From contig CM082588.2 of the NCBI GenBank assembly GCA_040954595.2, positions 6,398,202 to 6,462,201 on the forward strand: a stretch of DNA of 64,000 bases. Direction: 5' to 3'. Positions 37,582 to 47,565 of this stretch are shown here, piece by piece (the stretch's first letter is position 1; each line of letters begins with the position of its first letter). Below the pieces are notes generated by a model. The model saw only the letters and a list, made by a program, of their open reading frames with translations. It was not told where the DNA came from and made no database searches. Origin of the DNA: Balanoglossus misakiensis (Eukaryota; Animalia; Hemichordata). Made by a program: the position numbers and the translations under genes.

Positions 37582-40050
37582 CTACAATCTGACCTCTGCA
37601 TACACAGTGTCGTCATTTTGTTCGGGCTCCGGGCCACTTTCCATTGTGTCAAATCTGCGCATTGTGGATGATAAATCCAGGTCAGCGTATGTCAACCCTT
37701 CAACGTTTTTATGTCTTGCGCTGTCGTCTGACACGGTGACCCCTTCATTGTACACCTCTGCATCTGTCATTTCATCGCCGTCGGTGAGATTTTCTTCCTC
37801 CTTGAAGGTTTTGCCTGCCCCCTCGGATTGGCGTTTCGTTTTGGCCAAATCGACGCTCGCGTACATAACTCCAATATCCCTTTCACTCTGTGTTTGTTGT
37901 GGCTCTGGTGGATTCTTCGTGGCCTGGTGGCCTTCGTGGTCAACCGTTTCTCTAGTATCGCGTACAATTATTGGCTTTATATCATCATATTCAGAATTGT
38001 CTGCGTGGTCCCAATGGCCCATCCCATCGCCGTCAGTAAGATTTACTTCTTCCTTGCAGACTTCGCTTACACGCTCGGATTTGCGTTTCTTTTTCGCCAA
38101 ATCGACTCTTGCGTACGTAACACCAGTGGCCATGTCACTTTGTGTCTGCTGTACTTCAGATACACCCTTCCTAGGCTGGCTTTCACCGTCGGTTTCTCTA
38201 GTACCGCGGGCAATTATTGGCTCACCGCCATATTCGGAATTCGCTGCATGGCCCCAAGTTTCTGTCTTGATTCCGCCTGACTGTCTGTTTGGTTTTGGTT
38301 TGGGGTGAACGATGGGTGGGTATTGTTTAGGTGTGGATTTGTGTCCGTCTCCTGGTCGTTGTATACCGCCTCTCTCGGCCCCAGTCTCTGAGGCACCTGC
38401 TGGTCCGAGGCCGCCTTTATTTCTATCGATATAAATGTTGGCTTGCAGGGTGATTTGCAGAGATGTCGATTCGTCGTCTGATCTGTATTCGCGGTTGCCA
38501 TCTTCTGTTTCGTCATACGCTGGGTTGACTGGTGAATACGGAGGAGGGGGCTCGACTGCTGCCTGGGCAACGAGAGTGTCTCCCTGCTGGTCAAGTATGC
38601 CAATATTAGTAGTGGCAATGTCATCGTAGGGGTTTACAACTGCGTGTGAGTGTGTTTCGGGTGGCTCGCTCCTGGATTCGTGTTTGTAGGACTTGCGGAC
38701 GCAGACAATCACCAGAATGAGTCCAACTGTCACCAAAATGAACCCACATGCACCAGCCACACCGCCAATTATTGTAATTGTACCGTCCTGTTTTTGTTTA
38801 CCTGTTTCTTCTTGTTGACCAGTATTTGTTGTAGAAGTGGAAAATGGATACGGAGTGAGAGACCGAGGGATGGCATCAGTCGCAGTGTTTCCGCTTTCCC
38901 TCTGTGTGCTCATCTCACGTTGTGTGTTGCTTGTAACGTCAACATCAGCGGTACTTGCAGGTATTGCCTCGGTCGAGAAAACGTTTAGAGTCGATGGCTG
39001 TAATACATGGTCCGTGGTTGATGATCGGATGCTGATGGTCAACGTACTATACAGTACTGATCGTCCGATGTCATTGACAGCTTCACAGCTAATGTAATAT
39101 ACACCATTGTTGGCACTCGTAATGTCAGAAACGATTAAAACATTATCACTCTGATAGCTAAACTCTACCCCTCCTGTAATTGACCAACTATAGTCTGTCA
39201 CTGAAGGATTTGCATCACCACTACATGTAAATGCGACGACTTGTGTTTCAACTGCAACTGTGAGCGATGGTGGTGAAATATGAACGATTGGCTTGTAATG
39301 TACATTGAATGGACCTAGCTGACATATTTTGTTTGTGGGGTATGCTGGGTGAAATCCTGTACAGGTAAATACTGCGTTTTGTTGTTGGCGTGTTGGTTTC
39401 CATGAATAGTGGAGGACTTTTGTTCCATCCAGGTCAGTGGTTCTGACTGTATTAAGGATATCATTTGGGAATCCATTTCTGGTCCATTCTGTGGTTATGG
39501 CGGGTGTGCCCGTGGGATCTGAACGACACTGTAAAAACAATGGTATTTCTTCTCTCACGTTCAAGTCGTCATCATTTGGATCATTGCCGATTGAACACCT
39601 TGTATATCCTGTCTGCGGCGTTACGTAGACATCCAGACGGGCTACAGGGGATTGCAGGGGAGGGGTTGTCGTCACCACACACTGGTAATTACCTGTGTCA
39701 AATACAGCGTTGGTCGCAGACGTTCTGATTTGTAAGTTGAATACCAAATACGATCCCTGGGCCATATAGAAGTACACACTGTACCGATTAACATCCACAT
39801 TGACGGTGTTGTACACAACATCATTGTTGCTGAATGGTATTCCGTTCTTGTACCATGCCACATCCTGACCAGTCTGCAAATATCGAACAGTACAGCGTAG
39901 ATTAACAGTTGAGACATCATTGCTTGTATACGAGAATATAACTTCCCAATCTTCCGGTTCTGTCTCAAAGAAGGGGTCTGCTGCTTGAACACAGAAAAAC
40001 ACAGCTATAAATATCCACATGTGGAGGCTGATTCGCGTATTTCTGGACAT
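37582..40050 (-). CDS. Ig receptor 5: 3 Ig domains, TM, inhibitory tail with 3 ITIMs and a terminal ITSM-like motif; intronless
   Basis: Signal MSRNTRISLHMWIFIAVFFCVQA; VTYARV, VMYASV, LTYADL, TVYAEV. Tail highly similar to receptor 3, including the 243-bp duplication (unit starts 38256 and 38013). Confidence 0.92.
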   Translation of the reverse strand: MSRNTRISLHMWIFIAVFFCVQAADPFFETEPEDWEVIFSYTSNDVSTVNLRCTVRYLQTGQDVAWYKNGIPFSNNDVVYNTVNVDVNRYSVYFYMAQGSYLVFNLQIRTSATNAVFDTGNYQCVVTTTPPLQSPVARLDVYVTPQTGYTRCSIGNDPNDDDLNVREEIPLFLQCRSDPTGTPAITTEWTRNGFPNDILNTVRTTDLDGTKVLHYSWKPTRQQQNAVFTCTGFHPAYPTNKICQLGPFNVHYKPIVHISPPSLTVAVETQVVAFTCSGDANPSVTDYSWSITGGVEFSYQSDNVLIVSDITSANNGVYYISCEAVNDIGRSVLYSTLTISIRSSTTDHVLQPSTLNVFSTEAIPASTADVDVTSNTQREMSTQRESGNTATDAIPRSLTPYPFSTSTTNTGQQEETGKQKQDGTITIIGGVAGACGFILVTVGLILVIVCVRKSYKHESRSEPPETHSHAVVNPYDDIATTNIGILDQQGDTLVAQAAVEPPPPYSPVNPAYDETEDGNREYRSDDESTSLQITLQANIYIDRNKGGLGPAGASETGAERGGIQRPGDGHKSTPKQYPPIVHPKPKPNRQSGGIKTETWGHAANSEYGGEPIIARGTRETDGESQPRKGVSEVQQTQSDMATGVTYARVDLAKKKRKSERVSEVCKEEVNLTDGDGMGHWDHADNSEYDDIKPIIVRDTRETVDHEGHQATKNPPEPQQTQSERDIGVMYASVDLAKTKRQSEGAGKTFKEEENLTDGDEMTDAEVYNEGVTVSDDSARHKNVEGLTYADLDLSSTMRRFDTMESGPEPEQNDDTVYAEVRL

Positions 40051-40140
40051 CGTCAAAAACGGCAATGGAATTGTTGTACAACAGTGTTTAGTAAACCATG
40101 TCCAGTAGGACAGATCGCTCAAGCAAGTGGCAAGTTTCTT

Positions 40141-40170
40141 TTCCTTGATCCGGGTATTTCCGTGACGTGA
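40141..40170 (-). promoter_or_regulatory. Tandem ETS-like element plus TGACGT half-site upstream of receptor 5
   Basis: Plus strand ttccttgatccgggtatttccgtgacgtga. Confidence 0.55.
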
Positions 40171-41801
40171 AAATCGGTCAATAGCGATTCGTTCTTTGTA
40201 TTGGTGAACCTCAGTCGTGAGTGAAAACTTTCAATAAATATGCGCATGTGTGGACTACAGTCGAACCTGCTTTTATCTTTTGCGAAAATGGGTTGTTGGA
40301 TTGTAACTGGTCAAATAATTTTAGATTTTTTTTGCTAAAATGGAAAACTTCATATGATTGAATTTAACTACATGTACATCAGCTGAAATAATACAAACAT
40401 AATCAAGGTTTGATTGCATCCATTGGACACAAACACACAAATTGTCCCGGCTAAATTACACTAATGCTGTGTGACCACTACTGTAAGTGAATTATCTTGA
40501 TTTTGTGTATCCACTGTTGTATCAACAACAAAAGAAGAAGAAGGAAGGAAAGTAAGAGTGCAGAAAGTTGCGGTGTTACCATATTCAGCTCATGTGTCGT
40601 TTGTTGCTTGTAACGTCAAGATGAGTAACGCACTGAATCTGGCTCGTTTTGCTTTGCACCTACGCATTTAAAGGTAGGCCAGTTTATTTTAAATCCCCTC
40701 AAAATAACGAATATTTTCAAAAATGTTGATATAAAAATATCCCATTTGCGAAGGTAGTACTTGTGAACTGCATGTGTGTGTTGAGAATGGGATGTTGATC
40801 GACACTATAGGTTGATGTGAGTAATTTCTTCAGGTTCAGGGCCGTGCGATGGACCGTCGGACATTTTGTGTTTTTTATGTTTGCAAATTCACTGCCATTG
40901 AAAAACTATCCAATCATAACAATAACATACACCCCGAACGACCCACAAGACATTCAAGATCACATTGCACTCTCCGATGTGTGCTTTCGTCCATTGTTGG
41001 TTACTGGGGCGTACCTTACTTTAAATAACAACGTGGTAGGTCGAATAGGGCAGTGAAAATGTCACAAAAGATTCATTGTACTCTCTTTTCCGGGATCACG
41101 ACCTGATCTGTTTACTCGCCAGTCTCTGGAGACGTTCTCACCACCACTATTGCTGTCCATTCTCCGAACTCTGTAGCACAAACTTAAATACACAAATTTA
41201 CCATTCTTAAAAGAGATCACAATATTATCAATATAGTGCGTAGATTTAATGCATATATGTTTATACTTACATGTTCATGTGATAGTTAATTTCGAAGTCC
41301 TAAGCTTATACGTATAGAGAAATTAATTAATCATTCTCAATTGTTGATCAGTCTAATTTTCAAAAATTCCCTACAAGCTATACCTGGCCTTTAATAATCC
41401 AATCCCCTAATGAATATAATAATCATGTATCTAACACATTGGCACTTACATTCGTTGATCATAGTGTTTTTCATTTTACGGGCGTGTTCTGAAGGTGTCT
41501 GGATCTTTTCATTGCATAAATATGAAAGCATTCCTCCTTACAAGTGAACTACAAGCATGCTACTCAGTATACTGTGACGTCATATAGTGTGACCACTCTG
41601 TCCCAGAGATTGAGAAGTAAACATAATACGGTTTGTTCAGACAAAATCATTATAATGGAATGTCGTATTATTATATCAATGAAACCCGGTAGTATTTAAG
41701 AATTGATGACAGGTCGAGCTGGAAATTTATTAATGTAATTTTCACAGTCCTGCTTGCATTGCGACTACAGTACCATCTGTGTGAAACTCCTCATTCAGTC
41801 A

Positions 41802-43565
41802 TCATTTCTCTACAACCTTTATGTCACCGAGTGACGTGTAAACATCAGTGGTTGTAAGGTTTAAACTTTGATAATGTTCGACGCCATTGCTGACGTCATT
41901 ACCGTCGAATTCTTGGACCGGACTCTGAGGACCCTGGTCGATGAGACTTTTCGGTTCGGTATGTGCAACGCCCTCCTTGATAACTTTTGCACCGATTAGG
42001 GACATGTAGTCATCTTTGCCAGCGGAATTCAAACTTTGATAATGTTCAGGCTGTTGCTTGGCAACACCGATATCGTCATACTGGACACTGTCTGCAGGAA
42101 TCTCACCTACGTGGACTTTCACGTCCATTTCTTGTCCAGAGTTTGAATTGTCTGTCTTCCCTTTTCGTGCGCCGTTCATCCTTTCTTCCACTGAAAATCT
42201 GGTGCATGGAATTCGACGGTGTGTACGAATTTCGACAAAACAATACAAGATGATGGTTATGCCAACAATAACGACCACACTCAAGATGGCGATCACTGTG
42301 TTTGTGACAATATCCCTTGTGTTCGTTCTCGAACTGCATATCTGTTGCTTGTTGGCTGACTCTGACGTTTCTGTGCTCTCGAAATTGCCTGTGGTTCCAT
42401 CATCTGTGCTGATTGAATTTCTTTCTGCGTCGTCGACATCGGTTATGATATTACGAGATGTATGAGATAATATTTTTGGTTCGGTTGTGAACACGTTAAG
42501 TGTTGATGGCTGTAATTCTTTGTGCGTGGTTGTTATTGATTGGACGTTGACGGTCAAGGTACTGATGGTAGTTTCTGACTGTCCGATGTCATTGACAGCA
42601 TCACAGGTGATGTAGTATACACCATTGTGGGCACTTGTGATATGAGAAACGATTAAGACATTGTCACTCTGATAGCTGAAATCTAGACCGGCTGTTATTC
42701 CCCAGCTATAGTCTGTCACTGAAGGATTTGCGTCACCACTACATGTAAATGCGACGACTTGTGTTTCTGCTGTTACTATGAGCGAATGTGGAGAAATCTG
42801 CGCGATTGGTTTGTACTGTACATTGAATGGACCTAGCTGACATGTTTTGTTTGTGTCATAGGCAGGGTGAAATCCTACGCAGGTAAATACTGCATTCTGT
42901 TCTTGAGGTGTTGGTTTCCATGAATAGCCGAGAACATTTGTGCCATCCGGGTCTGTAGTTCTGAATGTATCACTGGTATCATTGGGGAATCCACTTCTGG
43001 TCCATTCTGTTCTTATGGCGGGTGTGCCCGTGGGATCTGAACGACACTGTAGGGACACTGACGTTCCTTCCCTCACGTTAAAGTCGTCATCATTTGGATC
43101 ATTGCCGATTGAACACCGTGTATATCCTATCTGTGGGCGAACATAGACATCTAGTCGAGCAGTACGGGACTGTAAGGCAGGGTTTGTCATCGCAACACAT
43201 ACGTACTCACCAGTGTCAAAGAAAGCATTGGCCGCAGACGTTATGATTAGTAGGTTGAATACCGAATAGGATATTTGATGTATATAGTACACACTGTATC
43301 GATTAACATCCACATTGACGGTATTGTACACAACATCATGGCTGCTGATTTGTACCCCGTTCTTGTACCATGCCACACTCTGACCTGCCTGCAAATATCG
43401 AACAGTACAGCGTAGATTAACAGTTGAGACATCAGTGCTTGTATACGAGAATATAGCTACCGTATCTTCGGGTTCAATCTGAAGCAAGGGGTCTGCTGCT
43501 TGAACGCTGAAAAACACAGCAAAAAGTATCCACATGTGGAGGCTGAATCGTGCTTTTCTGTACAT
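41802..43565 (-). CDS. Ig receptor 6: ectodomain like receptor 5, activating tail with 2 ITAMs; intronless
   Basis: YQSL-NSAGKDD-YMSL (41997-42041) and YQSL-NLTTTDV-YTSL (41829-41873); TM VIAILSVVVIVGITIILYCFV. Confidence 0.92.
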   Translation of the reverse strand: MYRKARFSLHMWILFAVFFSVQAADPLLQIEPEDTVAIFSYTSTDVSTVNLRCTVRYLQAGQSVAWYKNGVQISSHDVVYNTVNVDVNRYSVYYIHQISYSVFNLLIITSAANAFFDTGEYVCVAMTNPALQSRTARLDVYVRPQIGYTRCSIGNDPNDDDFNVREGTSVSLQCRSDPTGTPAIRTEWTRSGFPNDTSDTFRTTDPDGTNVLGYSWKPTPQEQNAVFTCVGFHPAYDTNKTCQLGPFNVQYKPIAQISPHSLIVTAETQVVAFTCSGDANPSVTDYSWGITAGLDFSYQSDNVLIVSHITSAHNGVYYITCDAVNDIGQSETTISTLTVNVQSITTTHKELQPSTLNVFTTEPKILSHTSRNIITDVDDAERNSISTDDGTTGNFESTETSESANKQQICSSRTNTRDIVTNTVIAILSVVVIVGITIILYCFVEIRTHRRIPCTRFSVEERMNGARKGKTDNSNSGQEMDVKVHVGEIPADSVQYDDIGVAKQQPEHYQSLNSAGKDDYMSLIGAKVIKEGVAHTEPKSLIDQGPQSPVQEFDGNDVSNGVEHYQSLNLTTTDVYTSLGDIKVVEK

Positions 43566-43655
43566 CGTCAAAAATGGTAATGGAATTGTTGTACAAGAGT
43601 GTTTACTAAACCATGTCCAACAGGACAGATCGCTCAAGCAGGTAGCAAGTTTCTT

Positions 43656-43685
43656 TTCCTTGATCCGGGTATTTCCGTGACGTGA
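43656..43685 (-). promoter_or_regulatory. Tandem ETS-like element plus TGACGT half-site upstream of receptor 6
   Basis: Plus strand ttccttgatccgggtatttccgtgacgtga; an NRF1-like tgcgcatgcg lies at ~43764. Confidence 0.55.
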
Positions 43686-45379
43686 AAAGCGGTCAATAGC
43701 TATTCGTTCTTTGTATTCTCTTTAGTGGTGAACCTAGCAGTGAGTGAAAACTTTCAATAAATATGCGCATGCGTGGACTACAGTCAAAACTGCTTTTACC
43801 TTTACGAAAATGGGTTATTGTTGGATTGTTACCGGTCAAATAAGATTCATTTTTTTGGAAAAATAGAAAACATCATTTACTCCAGTAATTGAAATAATGC
43901 AAACACAATCAAGGTTTGATTGCATCCATTGGACTAAACACACCAACTTTCTCCCGCAAAATTACACTGTGATGTGATTACATTCAGTTTCAAAGTATCT
44001 GTCAATTTATAAACCACACATAGATGTCTGTATTGGGTCACATAGACAATTACTTTAAGTTTATTGTCTTGATTTGGAGTATCCACCTTTGCTGCAACAA
44101 CAACAAAAGAAGAAGAAAGGAAAGTAAGAGGGAAGGAGTTTGCAGTGTTACCACTTTCATTTTGTGTCGTCATCTCATGGCGTTTGTTTTAACTTCAACA
44201 TAAGTACCACTTACAAGTAGCGCATTGAATCTGGTTTATTTTAATTCCCCTCAAAATAACGAATATTTTCAAAAATGTTGATATAAAAATATCCTATTTG
44301 CGAAGGTAGTACTTGTGAACTGCATGTGTGTGTTGAGAATTGGATATAGATCGACGCTTGGTTGATGTGAGTAATTCCTGCAGATTCAGGGCCGTGCATG
44401 GACGTTGGTTCATTTCGGAACTGGCCTGTCGGGTATGTTTTATGTTTGCAAATTCACTGTCATTGAAAAACTATCGAATCATAACAATAATATACACCCC
44501 CCCCCCCAACGACCCACAAGACACTAAAATCCACATTGGACTCTCCGATGTGTGTTTTCGTCCATTGTTGGTCATTGGGGCGTACGTTACTTTAAATAAC
44601 GACGTGGTAGATCGTGCAGGGGGGTGAAAATGTCACAAAAATGCATTGTACTATTTCTTTTCCGGGATCACGACCTGACCTGTTTACTCGCCAGTCTCTG
44701 AAGACGTTCTCACCCCACTATCGCTGTCCTGATTCTCCGAACTCTATAACACAAACTTAAATACACAAATTTACCATTGTTAAAAGAGATCGCAATATTA
44801 TCAATATGGTGCGTAGATTTAATGCATATATGTTTATACTTACATGTTCATATGATAGTTAATTTCGAAGTTCTAAGCTAACACGTATTGAGAAATTAAT
44901 CATTCTCAATTGTTGACCAATCTAATTTTCAAAATTTCCCTATAATATGTACCTGGCCTTCAATAATCCAATCCCCTAATGAATATAATAATCATATGTC
45001 TAACACATTAGCACTTGCATTCGTTGATCATAGTGTTTTTCAATTTACGGGTGTGTTCTGAAGTTATCTGGATCTTTTCATTGCATAAATATGAAAGCAT
45101 TCCTCCTTACAATTGAACTACTAGTATGCTACTCAGTATACTGTGACGTCATATAGTTTGCCCGCTCTGTCCCAGAGATTAAAATATATACACACACATA
45201 ACACCATAATTGTGTTGCAGAAAAAAATCATTGGCATGTAATGTTTTTGTAATATATCAATCAAACCGATAATATTCAAGCATTATGAGGAGGTCTGAAT
45301 GTTACTTTGAATGTCATTTTCACAGTCCTGCTTGCGTCGCGATTACAGTACCATCTGTGTGAAACTCCTCATTCAGTCA

Positions 45380-45736
45380 TCATTTCTCTATAACCTTTAT
45401 GTCACCGAGTGACGTGTAAACATCAGTGGCTGTAAGGGTTAAACTTTGATAATGCTCGACGCCATCGCTGACCTCATTACCGTCGAATTCTTGGACCTGA
45501 CTCTGAGGACCCTGGTCGATGAGAGTTTTCGGTTCGGTTTGTGCAACGCCCTCCCCGATAACTTTAGCGCTGTTCAGAGACATATAGTCAACTTTGTTTG
45601 GGGAATTCAAACTTTGATAATGTTCAGGCTGTTGCCTGGCAACACCGATATCGTCATACTGGACACTGTCTGTAGGAATCTGACCAATGTCGACTCTCGC
45701 ATCCATTTCTTGTCCAGAGTTTGAATTGTCTGTTTT
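45380..45736 (-). pseudogene. Out-of-frame but intact double-ITAM tail of Ig receptor 7
   Basis: Encodes KTDNSNSGQEMD...YQSLNSPNKVDYMSL...YQSLTLTATDVYTSL in a frame shifted by one extra base near 45737-45740 relative to receptor 6. May be an assembly error. Confidence 0.55.
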
Positions 45737-47144
45737 CCCCGCTTCTCGCGTCGTCCATCCTTTCTTCCACTGAAAATCTGGTGCATGGAATTCGACGGTG
45801 CCTACGAATTTCGACAAAACAATACAAGTTGATGGCTATACCAACAATAACGACCACACTCAAGATGGCGATCACTGTGCTGGTGACAACATCTTTTGTG
45901 CTGGTTTTCGAATTGTTTGACCGTTCATTGTCGTCTGAATCAGACATTTCTGTGCTCACTAAATTTCCTGTGGTTCCATCATCGGTGCTGACTGAATTTC
46001 CTTCTGCTTCGTCGAGATCGGTTATGATGCTACGAGATGTATGAGATAATATAGATGGATTGGTTGAGAAAACATTTAAAGTCGACGGTTGCATTACATG
46101 GCCCGTGGTTGTTACTGATTGAATGTTAATTGTCAAGGTACTGATGGCAGTTTCTGACTTTCCGATGACATTGCCAGCTTCACAGCTGATAAAATATACA
46201 CCATTATTAGCACTCGTAATGTCAGAAACGATTAAGACATTGTCACTCTGATAGCTATGCTCGATGCCTGTTGTAATTCCCCACCTATAGTCTTCCACTG
46301 AAGGATTTGCATCACCACTACATGTAAATTCGACGGCTTGAGTTTCAACCGTAACTGTGAGCGATTGTGGTGAAATCTGCGCGATTGGTTTGTACTGTAC
46401 ATTGAATGGACCGAGTTGACATGTTCTGTTTGTGATGTGTGTGGGGTGAAACCCCATGCAGGTAAATATTGCATGCTGTTCCTGAGGTGCTGCTGTCCAA
46501 GAATAGCTGAGAACTTTTGTGCCATCCGCGTCTGTGGTTCCGACTGTATTACTGATATCATTGGGAAATCCATTTCTGGTCCATTCTGTTGTTATGGCGG
46601 GTGTGCCCGTGGGATCTGAACGACACTGTAGAGACACTGCTGTTCCTTCCATCACGTTAAAATCGTCGTCATTTGGATCAGTGCCGATTGAACACCATGT
46701 ATATCCCGTCTGTGGGGTTACATAGACATCCAGACGTGCAGTACGGGATTCCAAGGGAGGGGTTGTCGTCACCACACACTGGTACTCACCCGTGTCAAAT
46801 ACGGCATTGGCCGCAGACGTTGTGATTTGTAGGTTGAATAACGAATATCCCCGATCCAGATAGTAGTACACACTGTACCGATTAAGATCCACTGTGAAGA
46901 TGTTGTACACAGCGTCGTTGTTGCTGATTTGGAGCCCGTTCTTATACCAATTTACACTCTGGTCAGCCTGCAAATATCGAACAGTACAGCGTAGACTAAT
47001 AGTACTAACGTCATTGCTTCCAAACGCAAATATCTGTACATAGTCACCTGGTTCTTCCTGGAAGGTGGGGCTTGTTGCTTCAACGCTGGAATACACAGCA
47101 ACCAGAAACAGTAAACGGAGGCCGAATACTCCCTTTCCATGCAT
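45654..47144 (-). CDS. Ig receptor 7: 3 Ig domains, TM; ITAM tail frameshifted as assembled (would end at 45380 if corrected)
   Basis: Signal MHGKGVFGLRLLFLVAVYSSVEA; stalk and TM near-identical to receptor 6; the frame diverges after EERMDDAR. Confidence 0.85.
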   Translation of the reverse strand: MHGKGVFGLRLLFLVAVYSSVEATSPTFQEEPGDYVQIFAFGSNDVSTISLRCTVRYLQADQSVNWYKNGLQISNNDAVYNIFTVDLNRYSVYYYLDRGYSLFNLQITTSAANAVFDTGEYQCVVTTTPPLESRTARLDVYVTPQTGYTWCSIGTDPNDDDFNVMEGTAVSLQCRSDPTGTPAITTEWTRNGFPNDISNTVGTTDADGTKVLSYSWTAAPQEQHAIFTCMGFHPTHITNRTCQLGPFNVQYKPIAQISPQSLTVTVETQAVEFTCSGDANPSVEDYRWGITTGIEHSYQSDNVLIVSDITSANNGVYFISCEAGNVIGKSETAISTLTINIQSVTTTGHVMQPSTLNVFSTNPSILSHTSRSIITDLDEAEGNSVSTDDGTTGNLVSTEMSDSDDNERSNNSKTSTKDVVTSTVIAILSVVVIVGIAINLYCFVEIRRHRRIPCTRFSVEERMDDARSGENRQFKLWTRNGCESRHWSDSYRQCPV

Positions 47145-47232
47145 CGTCACATTAAACTTCAGCAGCAAATCGATTGTATTAGACGGCGCTTAGTAAACCA
47201 CGTCCTACCAATACAAGAATCACAGTGTTCCC

Positions 47233-47254
47233 TTTCCTTCATCCGGGTATTTCC
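47233..47254 (-). promoter_or_regulatory. Conserved tandem ETS-like element upstream of receptor 7
   Basis: Minus strand GGAAATACCCGGATGAAGGAAA. Confidence 0.55.
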
Positions 47255-47565
47255 ATGACACCAAAAGTGTTCATCAAGTACTTGTTCTTTACAACTGCAA
47301 TGACCCTCAGCCAATAAGCATGTGCGCCTGCGTGAACTGTTCTTGAAGAGTTATTAATCAAAGAATCCGGACTGAAAAATCGACGTCTTTAAAAGTAAGA
47401 ATGTTGACATGATTGAATTCAACAGGTCAAAATAATACAATAATGGTAAACCACGTCCTACCAATGACATCAAAAGTATGAGTGTCTGAAGTTAGTCTGA
47501 TATTCTCGTTTTGAGCCTGTTTGCCGGATAGGATCCCCTTACCCCTGTCATCCAAGTTTTCTCTA

